A stretch of 64,000 bases of DNA from a virus. Taxonomy: Duplodnaviria; Caudoviricetes. Positions 9,582 through 20,225 of the stretch are shown piece by piece. The DNA lies in the IMG/VR virus record IMGVR_UViG_3300042397_003635. The stretch is one strand, 5' to 3'. Position 1 is the first letter of the stretch; each line of letters opens with the position of its first letter. Below the pieces are notes generated by a model that was not told where the DNA came from, searched no databases, and saw only the letters and a program-made list of their open reading frames with translations. The position numbers were made by a program, and so were the translations under genes.

Positions 9582-10108
9582 GAGTATTTAAGTTGTATTC
9601 TTTCTCTAGTTAATATACCAATATTTCCATTGATTTGAAGTAGTTCAGTCTTATCAACAAACCAATATTCAATCTTTTCAGTGACTTTAGAAAGATATGG
9701 ATTTTTGACATACTTATCGATTTGAACCAATGAGTCTTCGAATATTCGAATTGTATCAAAGTTTGGTCCAACCTTATCTAAGTACTCTAATAACATCTGT
9801 GGCTTGTCAGTATTTCTTTCACATAGGATAATTTGATCAAATCTTTTACTAATACCAAACTTATCCAATACAGCTTCCATGGCCTTTCTAGTTTTCTCAA
9901 CTCGGTGACTTAATATAATAGTAGTATGGTCTTCAGATAATTGGTTAAATACTGAGTCAATTAACTGTAATCGATAGAGATTTGTATTCAGGGACTTTGG
10001 ATTATCAAACCATTCGTATGGCTTTTTAAATTCTGTTCCTGCATGGGTAAATGGCGGAACTCTAAAGAGGGTTTCATCAAAATCGACTACGTTTAAAACT
10101 TGCTTCAT
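9578..10108 (-). CDS. HAD-superfamily phosphatase
   Basis: VVDFDETLF motif I, SHR, K, FEDS; probable start MKQVL at 10108. Confidence 0.75.
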   Translation of the reverse strand: MKQVLNVVDFDETLFRVPPFTHAGTEFKKPYEWFDNPKSLNTNLYRLQLIDSVFNQLSEDHTTIILSHRVEKTRKAMEAVLDKFGISKRFDQIILCERNTDKPQMLLEYLDKVGPNFDTIRIFEDSLVQIDKYVKNPYLSKVTEKIEYWFVDKTELLQINGNIGILTRERIQLKYS

Positions 10109-10145
10109 ATGAAATAAATAACTTTGAAATAATATTATACTAAAA

Positions 10146-10607
10146 TTGAACTTAGAGTTTATCAAAGGAGAGTACGAGGGTAATAGAGTTAATCTGGTTA
10201 GGGAAACTATTCAGAGAAAGCAGCCCTTTGTCATCTTTACTTTTAGTAATCCAAAGATTTATCGTCAAGTTTTAACAGATTTATCCAAATTTGGTGCACT
10301 TCCATATGTTCGTCAGACATTTATTCCAAATGTTCAAATGGGCGGCTATCCTATAATATACCCAAGTATTTTTGTAACAAACGTCGGATCTGATGTAAAA
10401 GACGGAGAATTTAAACAAATGATGCTTGGCAGCTTAAAACAATATCACATTGATTCTATTATTTGTCTCTATGCTGGACAGCTTAGTTCATATTATAAAA
10501 ATGGAGATACCCATTCAATTGGAACTGACATTTATACAACATTGGATCCACGTGAATTTGAAAGCTATTACTTTAAATTGGAGAGTACTTGTTATACCTT
10601 TGTCTAA
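10146..10607 (+). CDS. Hypothetical protein
   Basis: 153 aa, TTG start after AATAAATA box (10113-10120). Confidence 0.7.
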   Translation: MNLEFIKGEYEGNRVNLVRETIQRKQPFVIFTFSNPKIYRQVLTDLSKFGALPYVRQTFIPNVQMGGYPIIYPSIFVTNVGSDVKDGEFKQMMLGSLKQYHIDSIICLYAGQLSSYYKNGDTHSIGTDIYTTLDPREFESYYFKLESTCYTFV

Positions 10608-10638
10608 ACCTTAAGTCCAGTACCAAGTAAAAGAAGGT

Positions 10639-11088
10639 ATGGAATTCGAACAACAATCACAAGAAGTTAAGAAGAGTTTATCTGATGTTTTTTCAGCAAA
10701 GCGTAAGGTTGTGTCTGAAGAGGTGCAAGAAGGTATTGGCTATATGAATAATATTAAACGCCTAGCCGACGCTCAGGTTTATTTCTTAAGTTTAAGACAG
10801 AGATTGCTCGAAGAAAACCATACCCTAATTGAACATTACAATCGCTATAAAAAGAAATATAGAGAACAAAAAGGAGACGAATGGGAAGCAGTCTCCAGAA
10901 CATCCCAGCTAAGATACAATTCTAACGAAAAGACTACTATTGTCGACGGAAAAACGTCTAACATCAAAGAAACGATCGAACAAATCGAAAGCCAAACTCA
11001 ATTTTATCAAGACACAATCAAGACAGTAGATGCCGCTCTTTTCGGAATTAAAACTAGACTTGATATCGAAAAGATGCTGGGTGTGTAA
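10639..11088 (+). CDS. uvsY: Recombination mediator, T4 UvsY-like
   Basis: 149 aa coiled-coil directly upstream of UvsW, as in T4-like phages; assignment rests mainly on synteny. Confidence 0.6.
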   Translation: MEFEQQSQEVKKSLSDVFSAKRKVVSEEVQEGIGYMNNIKRLADAQVYFLSLRQRLLEENHTLIEHYNRYKKKYREQKGDEWEAVSRTSQLRYNSNEKTTIVDGKTSNIKETIEQIESQTQFYQDTIKTVDAALFGIKTRLDIEKMLGV

Positions 11089-11103
11089 AAACATCTGCCA
11101 AGT

Positions 11104-12666
11104 TTGCTAAAGTTTAAGTTAACACCAGACAAAAGATATTTTCAGCTAATACATAATGATCTTAAGAAAGAAGTGGTCGATCTTAAGAACTTCTTTAAGA
11201 AAAGAGCAAAGGGCTATCACTTCAGTCCTCTATTTCAACGTCGCCTTTGGGACGGTTATGACAAGTTCATAGATCGAGAAAACCGAATTGGAGTAGGTCT
11301 TTGGTATCAAATCAAACAATTTAGCCAAATTTATGGTCATGAGATTGAATTAGATGGATTAGATTCTCTACTTAATCTTGAATTTACAAAGGATCAACTT
11401 GATAAATTTGCAAGCGTCTTATTAGATGGTGTGGATCTTACACCATACGATTATCAAATGGAAGCTGCATATCGAGCACTTAAGTTTAAGTTTAGCGCCC
11501 AAGAATTAGCAACTTCTGCTGGTAAAACCCTAATCCTATTTTTATATTTAAGCTTTCTTAAACGCAAAGGAATTATTAATGGCAAAGATAAAAAGGCCCT
11601 TATTGTAGTTCCTAATATTTCGCTAGTTGGCCAAACTGCAGAGAAATTTGTAAAGGACTATCACACTGGATTAATTAACTGGAATATCTTAGAAGTCGGC
11701 GGTAAAAACAAATACTCTGATAAGAAATTTGAAGAAGCCGATCTTGTAATTTCAACATATCAAAGTTTAGCAAAAAGGGACGGAGATTTCTTTAAGAAAT
11801 TTACTGTGCTTTGTGTTGATGAGTGCCATACTTCAAGAGGAGATACCATTAAAGATATTCTCCTAGCTTCAACTAATGTTGAATATAAATTGGGTCTTTC
11901 TGGAACAATTCAAGTAGACGAAGATTTTTCTGACTTCTATAAAATCCAAGAATATATTGGGCCTTTGAGTATGACTCTTAAATCCAGTTTCCTAATTGAA
12001 AACAAACACTCGCCGGATGTTTACATTAAGATTCTTTCCCTAAAATATCCCGAAAACGAACCATTTATTCAAAACTACAAATACATGCAAGAGCATGGTA
12101 AAAGTCAATTCCATCGTATTGAGGACTATGGTAAAAACATGTTCCAAATGGAAAAGGATTTTATTATTTCATATGAACCTCGAGTAGATTTTATTTCAAC
12201 CTTAGTTCAAAAACTTGGTGGAAATACCCTAATCTTATTCATTAATGTAAAGGACAAATACGGCCAGCGGATAAAGGAACGAATTTCCGATTGGAATCCA
12301 AATTCATTTTATATTGATGGCGAAGTAAGTGGTGATGACCGAGCTGAATATAAAGATGCAATGGAAGCTGGGTCTAATGTAACCCTAGTTGCAAGTTATG
12401 CAACCTTTGCGACCGGTATCGACTTAAAGAATGTGCAAAATATTATCTTTGCCGAAAGTTATAAATCTGAAATTACTATTCGCCAAGCAGTAGGGCGTGG
12501 CATGCGTAAACTTGCTGGAAAAAGCAAAGTAACAATTTATGATCTAATCGATGATCTAAATGGTTATATTGTAAAACACGGTAAAGTTCGTGAGAAAATT
12601 TATGAAAAGGAACAGTGGATTGTGTCTAAACACAGTTATGACTTAGGTAAATTCATTAAGGGTTAA
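11104..12666 (+). CDS. uvsW: SF2 DNA helicase, T4 UvsW-like
   Basis: ATSAGKT, DECH, SGT, TGID, QAVGRGMR motifs; N-terminal WDG motif. Confidence 0.92.
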   Translation: MLKFKLTPDKRYFQLIHNDLKKEVVDLKNFFKKRAKGYHFSPLFQRRLWDGYDKFIDRENRIGVGLWYQIKQFSQIYGHEIELDGLDSLLNLEFTKDQLDKFASVLLDGVDLTPYDYQMEAAYRALKFKFSAQELATSAGKTLILFLYLSFLKRKGIINGKDKKALIVVPNISLVGQTAEKFVKDYHTGLINWNILEVGGKNKYSDKKFEEADLVISTYQSLAKRDGDFFKKFTVLCVDECHTSRGDTIKDILLASTNVEYKLGLSGTIQVDEDFSDFYKIQEYIGPLSMTLKSSFLIENKHSPDVYIKILSLKYPENEPFIQNYKYMQEHGKSQFHRIEDYGKNMFQMEKDFIISYEPRVDFISTLVQKLGGNTLILFINVKDKYGQRIKERISDWNPNSFYIDGEVSGDDRAEYKDAMEAGSNVTLVASYATFATGIDLKNVQNIIFAESYKSEITIRQAVGRGMRKLAGKSKVTIYDLIDDLNGYIVKHGKVREKIYEKEQWIVSKHSYDLGKFIKG

Positions 12667-13451
12667 CGTATATGACCGTCTGTAATCTCGTCCGCTAAGA
12701 ACTCCATAAAATACCGTTCGGCATTGCGCTCAAATTCTTTATGTTGACGCTGGATTGATTTAAGATCGTCTTCAATTTGATCTAATTTAGCAGATTCTGT
12801 ATCGAACCATTTAATAAGTTCAGCTAATTTATCAGTAATTTCCTTTACTGCATCTTCGTCTTCTACTAAACCAAGTTCAGCAAGACGCTTCCATTCAGGA
12901 CTATTGATTGCGGTAGCAACTTCTGCAATAGTTTCTTCATCATAATACTCTTTAGTCTCTAAATAATCAGTAACAGTTTCTTCTGCATATTCTAGTAGAC
13001 GGTCTGCTCCTAATTCTGGTTCAATATGAACCCAACCGCCGCTATTTCCGCCCCAACCGACTGCATTTACCCAATCATAGGATTGTTCAATATCTTCTTG
13101 AAACATTTCCGCTTGATCTTGTAGCCATCTATACCAAATATCGCTTAGGTACTCTTCATCAAGTTCAATACCAAATTTAGATTCAACTTCATCTGTACTT
13201 GGCCATACATGAACCTTTACATTAAGCGCAAAATAGTCTCCTTTATGGTTGCTATAGCCTCTTCCTCTATTTAAATTCCAATCATCTGAAAATAGTGAAT
13301 CGACTTTAGCCTCAAATAATTCTAGTTTTTTAAGTATGTCCCTTTCTAACAGAAAATCGACAAGCTTATCTTTATAAAAAGCAACTAACGAATTATTGTT
13401 AGCCTTTAAATACTCTCTGCTAAAATTTTCAAATAGTTTAATATGTTTCAT
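12663..13451 (-). CDS. Acidic putative internal head protein
   Basis: MKHIKLFENF N-terminus. Confidence 0.75.
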   Translation of the reverse strand: MKHIKLFENFSREYLKANNNSLVAFYKDKLVDFLLERDILKKLELFEAKVDSLFSDDWNLNRGRGYSNHKGDYFALNVKVHVWPSTDEVESKFGIELDEEYLSDIWYRWLQDQAEMFQEDIEQSYDWVNAVGWGGNSGGWVHIEPELGADRLLEYAEETVTDYLETKEYYDEETIAEVATAINSPEWKRLAELGLVEDEDAVKEITDKLAELIKWFDTESAKLDQIEDDLKSIQRQHKEFERNAERYFMEFLADEITDGHIR

Positions 13452-13453
13452 AG

Positions 13454-13729
13454 TTACTTAGATTCAAAATATTCGTTAAATTGTAAAATACTTTCGTTAA
13501 CTGATTGATATGCTGGAACCTTTGCTTTTTCTTTTACTGATGTTGATTTGGGTTGTGCAACAGCTTGTGTCTGTGACACCTTAACTGCTAGTTCAGTAAC
13601 CTTATCCCTAATCGAACAAATTTTTTGATAGTCCTGTTTTGTTAATTGAATCGTTGATTCATTTAGCGTAGACAAATAGTTTAAAAATTGGTCGATTTGC
13701 GACATTTTAAAGCGATATTTTTGCTGCAA
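13454..13729 (-). CDS. Hypothetical protein
   Basis: 91 aa; C-terminal NESILQFNEYFE motif. Confidence 0.7.
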   Translation of the reverse strand: MQQKYRFKMSQIDQFLNYLSTLNESTIQLTKQDYQKICSIRDKVTELAVKVSQTQAVAQPKSTSVKEKAKVPAYQSVNESILQFNEYFESK

Positions 13730-14321
13730 TAATTATCCCAAGTACCAATTTGCAATAAATCATTTGGAAATCGTAATACGTCATAATAATATCGTATTGC
13801 TTTTTATCCATTTTTATCACATTTGCACCAGAAGATAACTTATTGATATTATTTATCAATTGGACAGTCTCTTTGAGCTGCGTAACGCCGATCAGGCGCA
13901 TCAAAATGTCATTAAATGTGCTATAATTTAGCGTGGCGCGATCGTCGGCAATCTTTTTGAGCCAATGTTCAACTACCAGGACCGCATCTCTCTTTTTAAT
14001 AATATCATTAGTTGGCAAAGCTGTGTTAATTATCTTTACAATATCATCAAGTTCAGTAATTGTCTCTGCTCTGGCACTTAACCAGTCCAATTCTCTATCA
14101 AAAACTGAAATTGCAGTCTTTTGCTTTTCTCTGGTATAGACAAAATTAATTATGAATGGATTTGTTATTGGGCCTGCTGCCATGGCAAATTCCCCATCTT
14201 CAGTTTGGGGCTTTTTTAGCTCCTCCGCTTCAATGTGAAAATCCTGAAATGGAAAATTTCGCAAAAATGGATAATTTGCGTAAACTTTCGATAAAGTTCT
14301 GTCCTGTGCTACCAATGCCAT
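13707..14321 (-). CDS. Hypothetical protein
   Basis: 204 aa ORF behind AATAAATA box (14334-14341). Confidence 0.75.
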   Translation of the reverse strand: MALVAQDRTLSKVYANYPFLRNFPFQDFHIEAEELKKPQTEDGEFAMAAGPITNPFIINFVYTREKQKTAISVFDRELDWLSARAETITELDDIVKIINTALPTNDIIKKRDAVLVVEHWLKKIADDRATLNYSTFNDILMRLIGVTQLKETVQLINNINKLSSGANVIKMDKKQYDIIMTYYDFQMIYCKLVLGIIIAAKISL

Positions 14322-14395
14322 GCTAATTTTAATTATTTATTAGTATTATACTGATAGGTTAAACTAAGAACCCCAACCAAGTAAAATACTCATGT

Positions 14396-15826
14396 ATGCA
14401 AACTAAAGAACAATTAGACAAAGAGATTAAACGTCTTAATCTTGAGCAAAACGCTCTAAAAATCTTGATTAACTCGTTTTATGGAGCCTTCGGTAACAAA
14501 TATTTCTATTTTCACGATACAGATATTGCGCAATCAATTACTTTACAAGGCCAAGACCTTATTAAATTTTCAATTAAAGCAGTTAATCACTACTTTACAG
14601 AAAAATGGCATCTAGACACTGAATTACACGAAAAGCTTGGCATATCTAATCTAACGATTAATCAAGTTAAAGAAGAAGCCGCAATTTATACTGACACGGA
14701 CTCATGTTATGTTAGTTTTCATCCAGCAATTAAATCAATTGAAGGTTTTTCTTTAAATGATACAGAAGCTCTTAAGTTTTGCTTAGCAATCAATCGTGAA
14801 AGGCTAAGCGGCTATTTTAGAGCAGCTTTTCAAAAATATGCAACTGCATTTAACACTGATAATCGCCAAGAATTTGAAATGGAAAATCTTTCACGAGCTG
14901 CGATTTGGTGTGCTAAAAAGAAATATGTACTCAAGGTAAGTTATGAAGACAATCCAGCTGAAGAATTATCAGAAAAAGAAAGTCAAGTAGTAAAAGGTCT
15001 TGAAAAAGTTCAATCTTCTTATCCAATTTGGGCAAGAGCTCACCTTGAAAAATTATATGACTTCTTCTTAGATCGTGGCTATGATTTAGACCTTGAAGCT
15101 GAATTAATTCCTAAATTACAAGCGTTACGTGCTGAAATGGAATCTTTAACTCCAGATGATATTAGTTTCTCATTCTCTGTGCGTACTTATGATAAGTATG
15201 TTAAGTGTGAGCATCCTTTAAAATTAGATAAAGGCGTTCCAATCTATACTAGAGCAGCCGCTTATCATAATTTTATGTTAAAGGAAACCAATAATAAAAA
15301 ATACAATCGAGTTATTAGCGGTAAAGTTAAATTCTACTATGCTGCTCAAAACCAATATGATTTTGATATTTTTGCATTTTCTCCAGGCGTTTACCCAGCA
15401 GAGTTTGCAATTCCAATGGATAAAGATCAGCAATTCTTTCGTTTGATTTGCGAACCTCTAAATAAGTTGCTTCTTGCAATGGGATTGCCTCAAATTAATC
15501 CTCAGCTACGTCGTGCAATTGAAGTAGTTAAGCATAAACCTAAAAAAGGTCAAGATATTCAATCTTTCCCAATTCATATTGTAGATTCGGAAACATTTGA
15601 AAATACCTTGGTTCCAGAAGCTCTTCAAGAGTTTATTGCAAATCCAGATTCAGCAATTCCACCTCAATTGATGCCGCAGTACCTAAGTATTGTTTCTAAA
15701 TACGGTTTAAATACGGTAGTTGTTCCAGATGCAGAACTTGCAAAATATATTGATAAAATCAAGAAAAAGAAAGCTTCCAAAGCAGTCATAGTCGAAGAAG
15801 ATGAGCTAGAAGAAGTAGAAGATTAA
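14396..15826 (+). CDS. Family B DNA polymerase, C-terminal subunit (split gp43B-like)
   Basis: KILINSFYG (motif B), SITLQGQ, YTDTDS (motif C), KKKY; no exonuclease motifs and no DxxSLYPS. Confidence 0.9.
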   Translation: MQTKEQLDKEIKRLNLEQNALKILINSFYGAFGNKYFYFHDTDIAQSITLQGQDLIKFSIKAVNHYFTEKWHLDTELHEKLGISNLTINQVKEEAAIYTDTDSCYVSFHPAIKSIEGFSLNDTEALKFCLAINRERLSGYFRAAFQKYATAFNTDNRQEFEMENLSRAAIWCAKKKYVLKVSYEDNPAEELSEKESQVVKGLEKVQSSYPIWARAHLEKLYDFFLDRGYDLDLEAELIPKLQALRAEMESLTPDDISFSFSVRTYDKYVKCEHPLKLDKGVPIYTRAAAYHNFMLKETNNKKYNRVISGKVKFYYAAQNQYDFDIFAFSPGVYPAEFAIPMDKDQQFFRLICEPLNKLLLAMGLPQINPQLRRAIEVVKHKPKKGQDIQSFPIHIVDSETFENTLVPEALQEFIANPDSAIPPQLMPQYLSIVSKYGLNTVVVPDAELAKYIDKIKKKKASKAVIVEEDELEEVED

Positions 15827-15830
15827 TTAG

Positions 15831-16937
15831 ATGGAAATACATGAGGTTTCAAAGTTTGTTAAAAGTGTCTTGGGCGCCAGGTTTCCTGGCATTCACGATA
15901 AACAGACTATTGAAGAGAGCGACGGTAAATTAAATTTCGCTTGCCCATTTTGTGGAGACTCTAAGGTCAAAGCATCCAAAAAAAGAGGCCACCTCTATTT
16001 GGAAACTAAAACCTATAAATGTTTCAATGATGGTTGCATGGCATGGATGAGCCTTGCTGAATTTGTAGCCAGTTTAAGTAATCAATATGGAATTATTTCG
16101 TCCCTATTTCTAGAAGAAAAGGACCTTGAGGTAAATTACAAAAAAACTACTGAAAATCATCTTGTTAGATTCCTAACGTCTAATCGTAAAAGTATGATAT
16201 CGATTACTGATGTCATAAACAGATTTTCTTTAAGAAGACTTGATCAAATTTCAGAAAATTCTGCTGCATTTAAATTTGCACAATCCAGAGGCTTAACCAA
16301 AGTCCAAAACTTTGGCGATATTATGTATGCTGATGCAATGGACAATAAAGTTTATATCTTTAATTTTGATCACCGCTCTGGTAAAATTCTAGGTCTTGCT
16401 ACCCGAAGCTTAGATCCATTTACTGACAGAAAATATTTGATTAAATCCTATAACGAGGTTTCTAAAATATTTACAAATGGTGATACTCCAGAAATTATTG
16501 ATGATGCAAACTATCTTAATAATTATTTCAATATTTTAAATGTTGATTTTACCCAACCGCTTATGGTAACTGAGGGTCAAATTGACTCTATGTTTTTAAA
16601 GAATGGATTGGCTACTTCTGGTGTTTCCAAAGCCAAATCAATCCTAAAAGCAATGGGTGCTGTTGATATTAAAATTATATTTGACCGTGATAAAGCAGGA
16701 AAGGACTCAATGCTAGCCTTTATTAAAGATGGTTATTCTGTATTTCTATGGAATAGTTTAATTGCAGAATTAAAAAAGAAATTTCCTACTCAAATTATAA
16801 AGCTATCCAAAATTAAAGATATTAACGATCTTTTCTTATTTCTAAATCGACAGGATCCAACATTTACAATTTCAAAATTTCAAGACTTAATAGGTAAGCA
16901 CTTTAGTAATTCTGTATATGATATCGTCTATCTATAA
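15831..16937 (+). CDS. DNA primase, T4 gp61-like
   Basis: CPFCGDS...CFNDGC zinc finger; TOPRIM EGQID and FDRD. Confidence 0.9.
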   Translation: MEIHEVSKFVKSVLGARFPGIHDKQTIEESDGKLNFACPFCGDSKVKASKKRGHLYLETKTYKCFNDGCMAWMSLAEFVASLSNQYGIISSLFLEEKDLEVNYKKTTENHLVRFLTSNRKSMISITDVINRFSLRRLDQISENSAAFKFAQSRGLTKVQNFGDIMYADAMDNKVYIFNFDHRSGKILGLATRSLDPFTDRKYLIKSYNEVSKIFTNGDTPEIIDDANYLNNYFNILNVDFTQPLMVTEGQIDSMFLKNGLATSGVSKAKSILKAMGAVDIKIIFDRDKAGKDSMLAFIKDGYSVFLWNSLIAELKKKFPTQIIKLSKIKDINDLFLFLNRQDPTFTISKFQDLIGKHFSNSVYDIVYL

Positions 16938-16945
16938 ATATTAAT

Positions 16946-17458
16946 ATGAAAGACCCTAATCAAAAAAAGAATATTAAAACATTTCTTAAACCTAGAATTG
17001 GTGGATCTGTAAAGCAAGGTTATTTTAGACCGCAACAGCCAGATCGATATATGGGAGATCCTACTCAGATTATTTACAGATCAAGTTGGGAATATAAGTT
17101 TTTGAAATGGTTAGATTCAAGTCCATCAGTTCTTAAATATTCATCTGAACCATTTGGAATTCCATATTACAATCCAATGGACAAACGTGGTCATATCTAT
17201 TACATTGATTTCTTTGTTAAGTTAGTTGGTCCTAATAATACTGAGGAAAATTGGTTAATTGAGATTAAGCCAAACAAATATGTTTCGCCTCCAACTAAAC
17301 CAAAGAGAATGACCGATAAACAAACTGCAAGTTATGTCTATGCTGCAAAGCAGTTTGTTATGAATCAGGCCAAATTTGAGGCAGCTAGGGACTATGCTGC
17401 GCAAAAAGGAATTAGATTCGGGATTATTACCGAAAACTTCTTATTTAAAAGTTTGTAG
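16946..17458 (+). CDS. Head completion nuclease, T4 gp4-like (TnsA-like PD-(D/E)xK)
   Basis: YRSSWE, SSE, IPY, YYIDF, EIKP; perfect TATAAATA 5 nt upstream. Confidence 0.88.
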   Translation: MKDPNQKKNIKTFLKPRIGGSVKQGYFRPQQPDRYMGDPTQIIYRSSWEYKFLKWLDSSPSVLKYSSEPFGIPYYNPMDKRGHIYYIDFFVKLVGPNNTEENWLIEIKPNKYVSPPTKPKRMTDKQTASYVYAAKQFVMNQAKFEAARDYAAQKGIRFGIITENFLFKSL

Positions 17459-17467
17459 AATATAAAG

Positions 17468-18133
17468 ATGATCAAGCCAACATTTAGTGCCCAAATAGAC
17501 AATTTTAGAAATAGCGGAGAAAGATTAGACGATCCATTCTTTAGCGACATTCAGCCATTACCGGAATCTATTTTTATTCCAGGTCATGTTTATACATTTT
17601 TTGCACAACCAGTTGACGACCAACAAATTCCAACTGCAGATCAATATCTTGATGCAAGAGAAATGGCTAAATACCCAATTAAAAGACCATATTATGATCA
17701 GCGTCCAATTGGAATCTGTTTAGCTAATGGACAAACTGATGTTACCATATTAAACCTTAAAGTAATGCCCGTAGGGTCTACCCAAGTTATCCTGAATATA
17801 CTCTGGCAGGTCTTTAATAATATTATAAGTAAATCATATACAGACAAGGGAGAGTTCATAGGAGATACTCGAAAGCTATACCAGCTTCCCGAATATACTC
17901 CTCTTATTGGATTTAACGCAAATCCATTTGCCCTATCTGACCTTTTTCAAAATGCGAGCGGAGGTAAATTTAACGTCCGTTACGCAGTAAATAAATATCA
18001 AAAAGCAAATATTACAAACCCAACGCTTATTCCATTCCATCTGGTACCCAGAATTGCTCAAACCAATATTTTCGATGGAATCCAGACACGATCTTTAAGC
18101 ATGGACTCAGTAATATCACAATTTAACGCATAA
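17468..18133 (+). CDS. DNA end protector, T4 gp2-like (divergent)
   Basis: PGHVYTF...PYYDQRPI...LNL pattern; position between gp4 and portal. Confidence 0.6.
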   Translation: MIKPTFSAQIDNFRNSGERLDDPFFSDIQPLPESIFIPGHVYTFFAQPVDDQQIPTADQYLDAREMAKYPIKRPYYDQRPIGICLANGQTDVTILNLKVMPVGSTQVILNILWQVFNNIISKSYTDKGEFIGDTRKLYQLPEYTPLIGFNANPFALSDLFQNASGGKFNVRYAVNKYQKANITNPTLIPFHLVPRIAQTNIFDGIQTRSLSMDSVISQFNA

Positions 18134-18135
18134 TT

Positions 18136-19845
18136 ATGGCAGGATTTCTAGACAATATCGGCTTAGGAGGACTTAAATCAAGACTATCAGATTTAAGCCG
18201 AGTTGGTATGAAGTACGAGGATCTTTTAATTAAGAACTCACAATCGATAGGATTTATTGAAAGTCAGCTAATGCAAGCTAGAGGAAGCGCTCTACCCGGT
18301 GGACAAACTGATTCTTTAGCTAGAGCTACAATGGCAATATCAGATACAACATCTGCTCTTAGAACTAAAGCTATTGCATTCTTTCAATTAGATTACGCAA
18401 CAAAAAGAGAAAGACTAAGAGATCTTGCATCAAATGGTGAAATTGAATTTGTAATCGAGTCAATTACCGATGACGTTATTGTATTTGATGAAGATAACCG
18501 TTTTGCATATCCAAATGACCTAGTTGGAGAAATGCTCTATAAAGGAAAAAATAAAGAGCAGCGTCTTAAGTATCAAGAAAAAGTTATTGAAAAATATAAC
18601 GAAAATTTTGAAAGAATCTACAATGCATGGGGTTTCAATGAAGGAATTTCAGCATGGCAGTATTTTTATCAGTGGTTAATTGAAGGACATTTGGCATTTG
18701 AGATTCTTTATGATGATTTACAAAACCCAAGAGAAATTATTGGATTTAAAGAAGTCGATCCATCTACGCTATATCCTCAAATTAAAAAGGACGCAGCTGG
18801 AAAGATCTTTTTAGAATGGGCCCAAAAAGTTGCTGGAGAATCTAAAGTAAGAACCCTTACCGATTCCCAAGTTCTTTACTTATCATATTCAAACCATTTT
18901 AGAACTAAACGTATTTCTTTTGTTGAGCGAATGGTTAGATCATTTAATTTAATGCGTGTTATTGAGCACTCTAAAGTTATTTGGCATACAATGAATGCTC
19001 CTATTCGTTTAACTACTAAAGTTCCAATTGGAAGTAAGTCTCTAAACAAAGCAAAAGAAGATGTTCGTGAATTTGCAAACCAATTAAAGGAAGATATTTT
19101 CTTTGATACTAATACTGGAGAAATCCAAGTAGACGGCCGCCCTAACTTATTATTCTATAAGAATTATATTTTACCGGTAAACGATCAAAACCAAGCAATT
19201 GAAATTGCTCCATTGGAATACGCAGGTCCTAATATGTCAGGATCAGAGCTTCTTAACTATTTCAAAGAAAAGTTAAAGATGGACTCTAAGATTCCTTATT
19301 CAAGATGGGATTCTGCAAATGGCGCAGGTCAATATACAATGAATGCTGAAGGTATTCGTCGTGAAGAAATTCGTTATAATAAATTTGTAACTCGTCTTCG
19401 TTCAGCGTTTAAAGAATTATTGACAAAGCCTCTATATCTTCAAATGTGTCTTGATTTTAAAGATCTAAAAGATGATTATAGATTTAAGAATGCTGTAGGT
19501 ATTAACTGGCATGACGATAACGTATTTGAAGAAATCAAACAACAAGATTTACTTAATAAGCGTCTTGCTACACTTAATGCCCTTAAAGGAGTTGTTGATG
19601 ATGAAGGTAAGCCATACTTCTCTACTGAATACTTGGTTAAAGAGTATTTAAGAATGAGCGATGAGGATCTTCAAAAGAATAAAGATTATATGAATCAAAC
19701 TCCAACTGGAGAGGGTGAAGCTGGAGAAGCTGCAGCAGCCGGAGCAGCACCAGAAGCAGGTTCTGCCCCAGAAGGAGGCGCGGGTGGTGAAGCCGCTGCT
19801 GGTAAAGAAACAGCTAGCGAATTAGGAGCCCCAGGATCTTTATAA
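18136..19845 (+). CDS. gp20: Portal protein, T4 gp20-like
   Basis: 569 aa; W-x-I-E-G motif, KMDSKIPYSR, REEIRYNKFVTRLR patterns of the gp20 family. Confidence 0.9.
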   Translation: MAGFLDNIGLGGLKSRLSDLSRVGMKYEDLLIKNSQSIGFIESQLMQARGSALPGGQTDSLARATMAISDTTSALRTKAIAFFQLDYATKRERLRDLASNGEIEFVIESITDDVIVFDEDNRFAYPNDLVGEMLYKGKNKEQRLKYQEKVIEKYNENFERIYNAWGFNEGISAWQYFYQWLIEGHLAFEILYDDLQNPREIIGFKEVDPSTLYPQIKKDAAGKIFLEWAQKVAGESKVRTLTDSQVLYLSYSNHFRTKRISFVERMVRSFNLMRVIEHSKVIWHTMNAPIRLTTKVPIGSKSLNKAKEDVREFANQLKEDIFFDTNTGEIQVDGRPNLLFYKNYILPVNDQNQAIEIAPLEYAGPNMSGSELLNYFKEKLKMDSKIPYSRWDSANGAGQYTMNAEGIRREEIRYNKFVTRLRSAFKELLTKPLYLQMCLDFKDLKDDYRFKNAVGINWHDDNVFEEIKQQDLLNKRLATLNALKGVVDDEGKPYFSTEYLVKEYLRMSDEDLQKNKDYMNQTPTGEGEAGEAAAAGAAPEAGSAPEGGAGGEAAAGKETASELGAPGSL

Positions 19846-19846
19846 T

Positions 19847-20224
19847 TTATTGATAAGCAATAACAAATCTGATAGATTTGTCGATAGATATAACGACGTG
19901 AATTGAATCTCTAAATTGATCAATTCCGTCGTTAACTTTTAGTACCTCTACGTTCCAGTCACGGTTTTGTAATAAAGTACAATATAGTTTTAATTGAGAA
20001 ACAATGTCATCGTGAATTTTAGTTGTACTAAAACTATCACTAAAATCGAATAGATAAGTTTCTTCGTCAATTCCAAATCGATTTTCTCCCAAAACTGAAT
20101 CATTTTTGGTTAATAGAACCATTTTAATTTGAGCAATAATTAGTGCAAGATCCTCTGTTTCTAATAAAGTCTCTTCGCTATAATTGGGTTCATCTATACT
20201 TCTTATGTAAAAATCTATTGGCAT
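19847..20224 (-). CDS. Baseplate wedge gp25-like protein
   Basis: IKMVLLTKNDSVLGENRFGID pattern (gp25: L-T-x-x-G-E...FG); 125 aa. Confidence 0.6.
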   Translation of the reverse strand: MPIDFYIRSIDEPNYSEETLLETEDLALIIAQIKMVLLTKNDSVLGENRFGIDEETYLFDFSDSFSTTKIHDDIVSQLKLYCTLLQNRDWNVEVLKVNDGIDQFRDSIHVVISIDKSIRFVIAYQ

Positions 20225-20225
20225 A

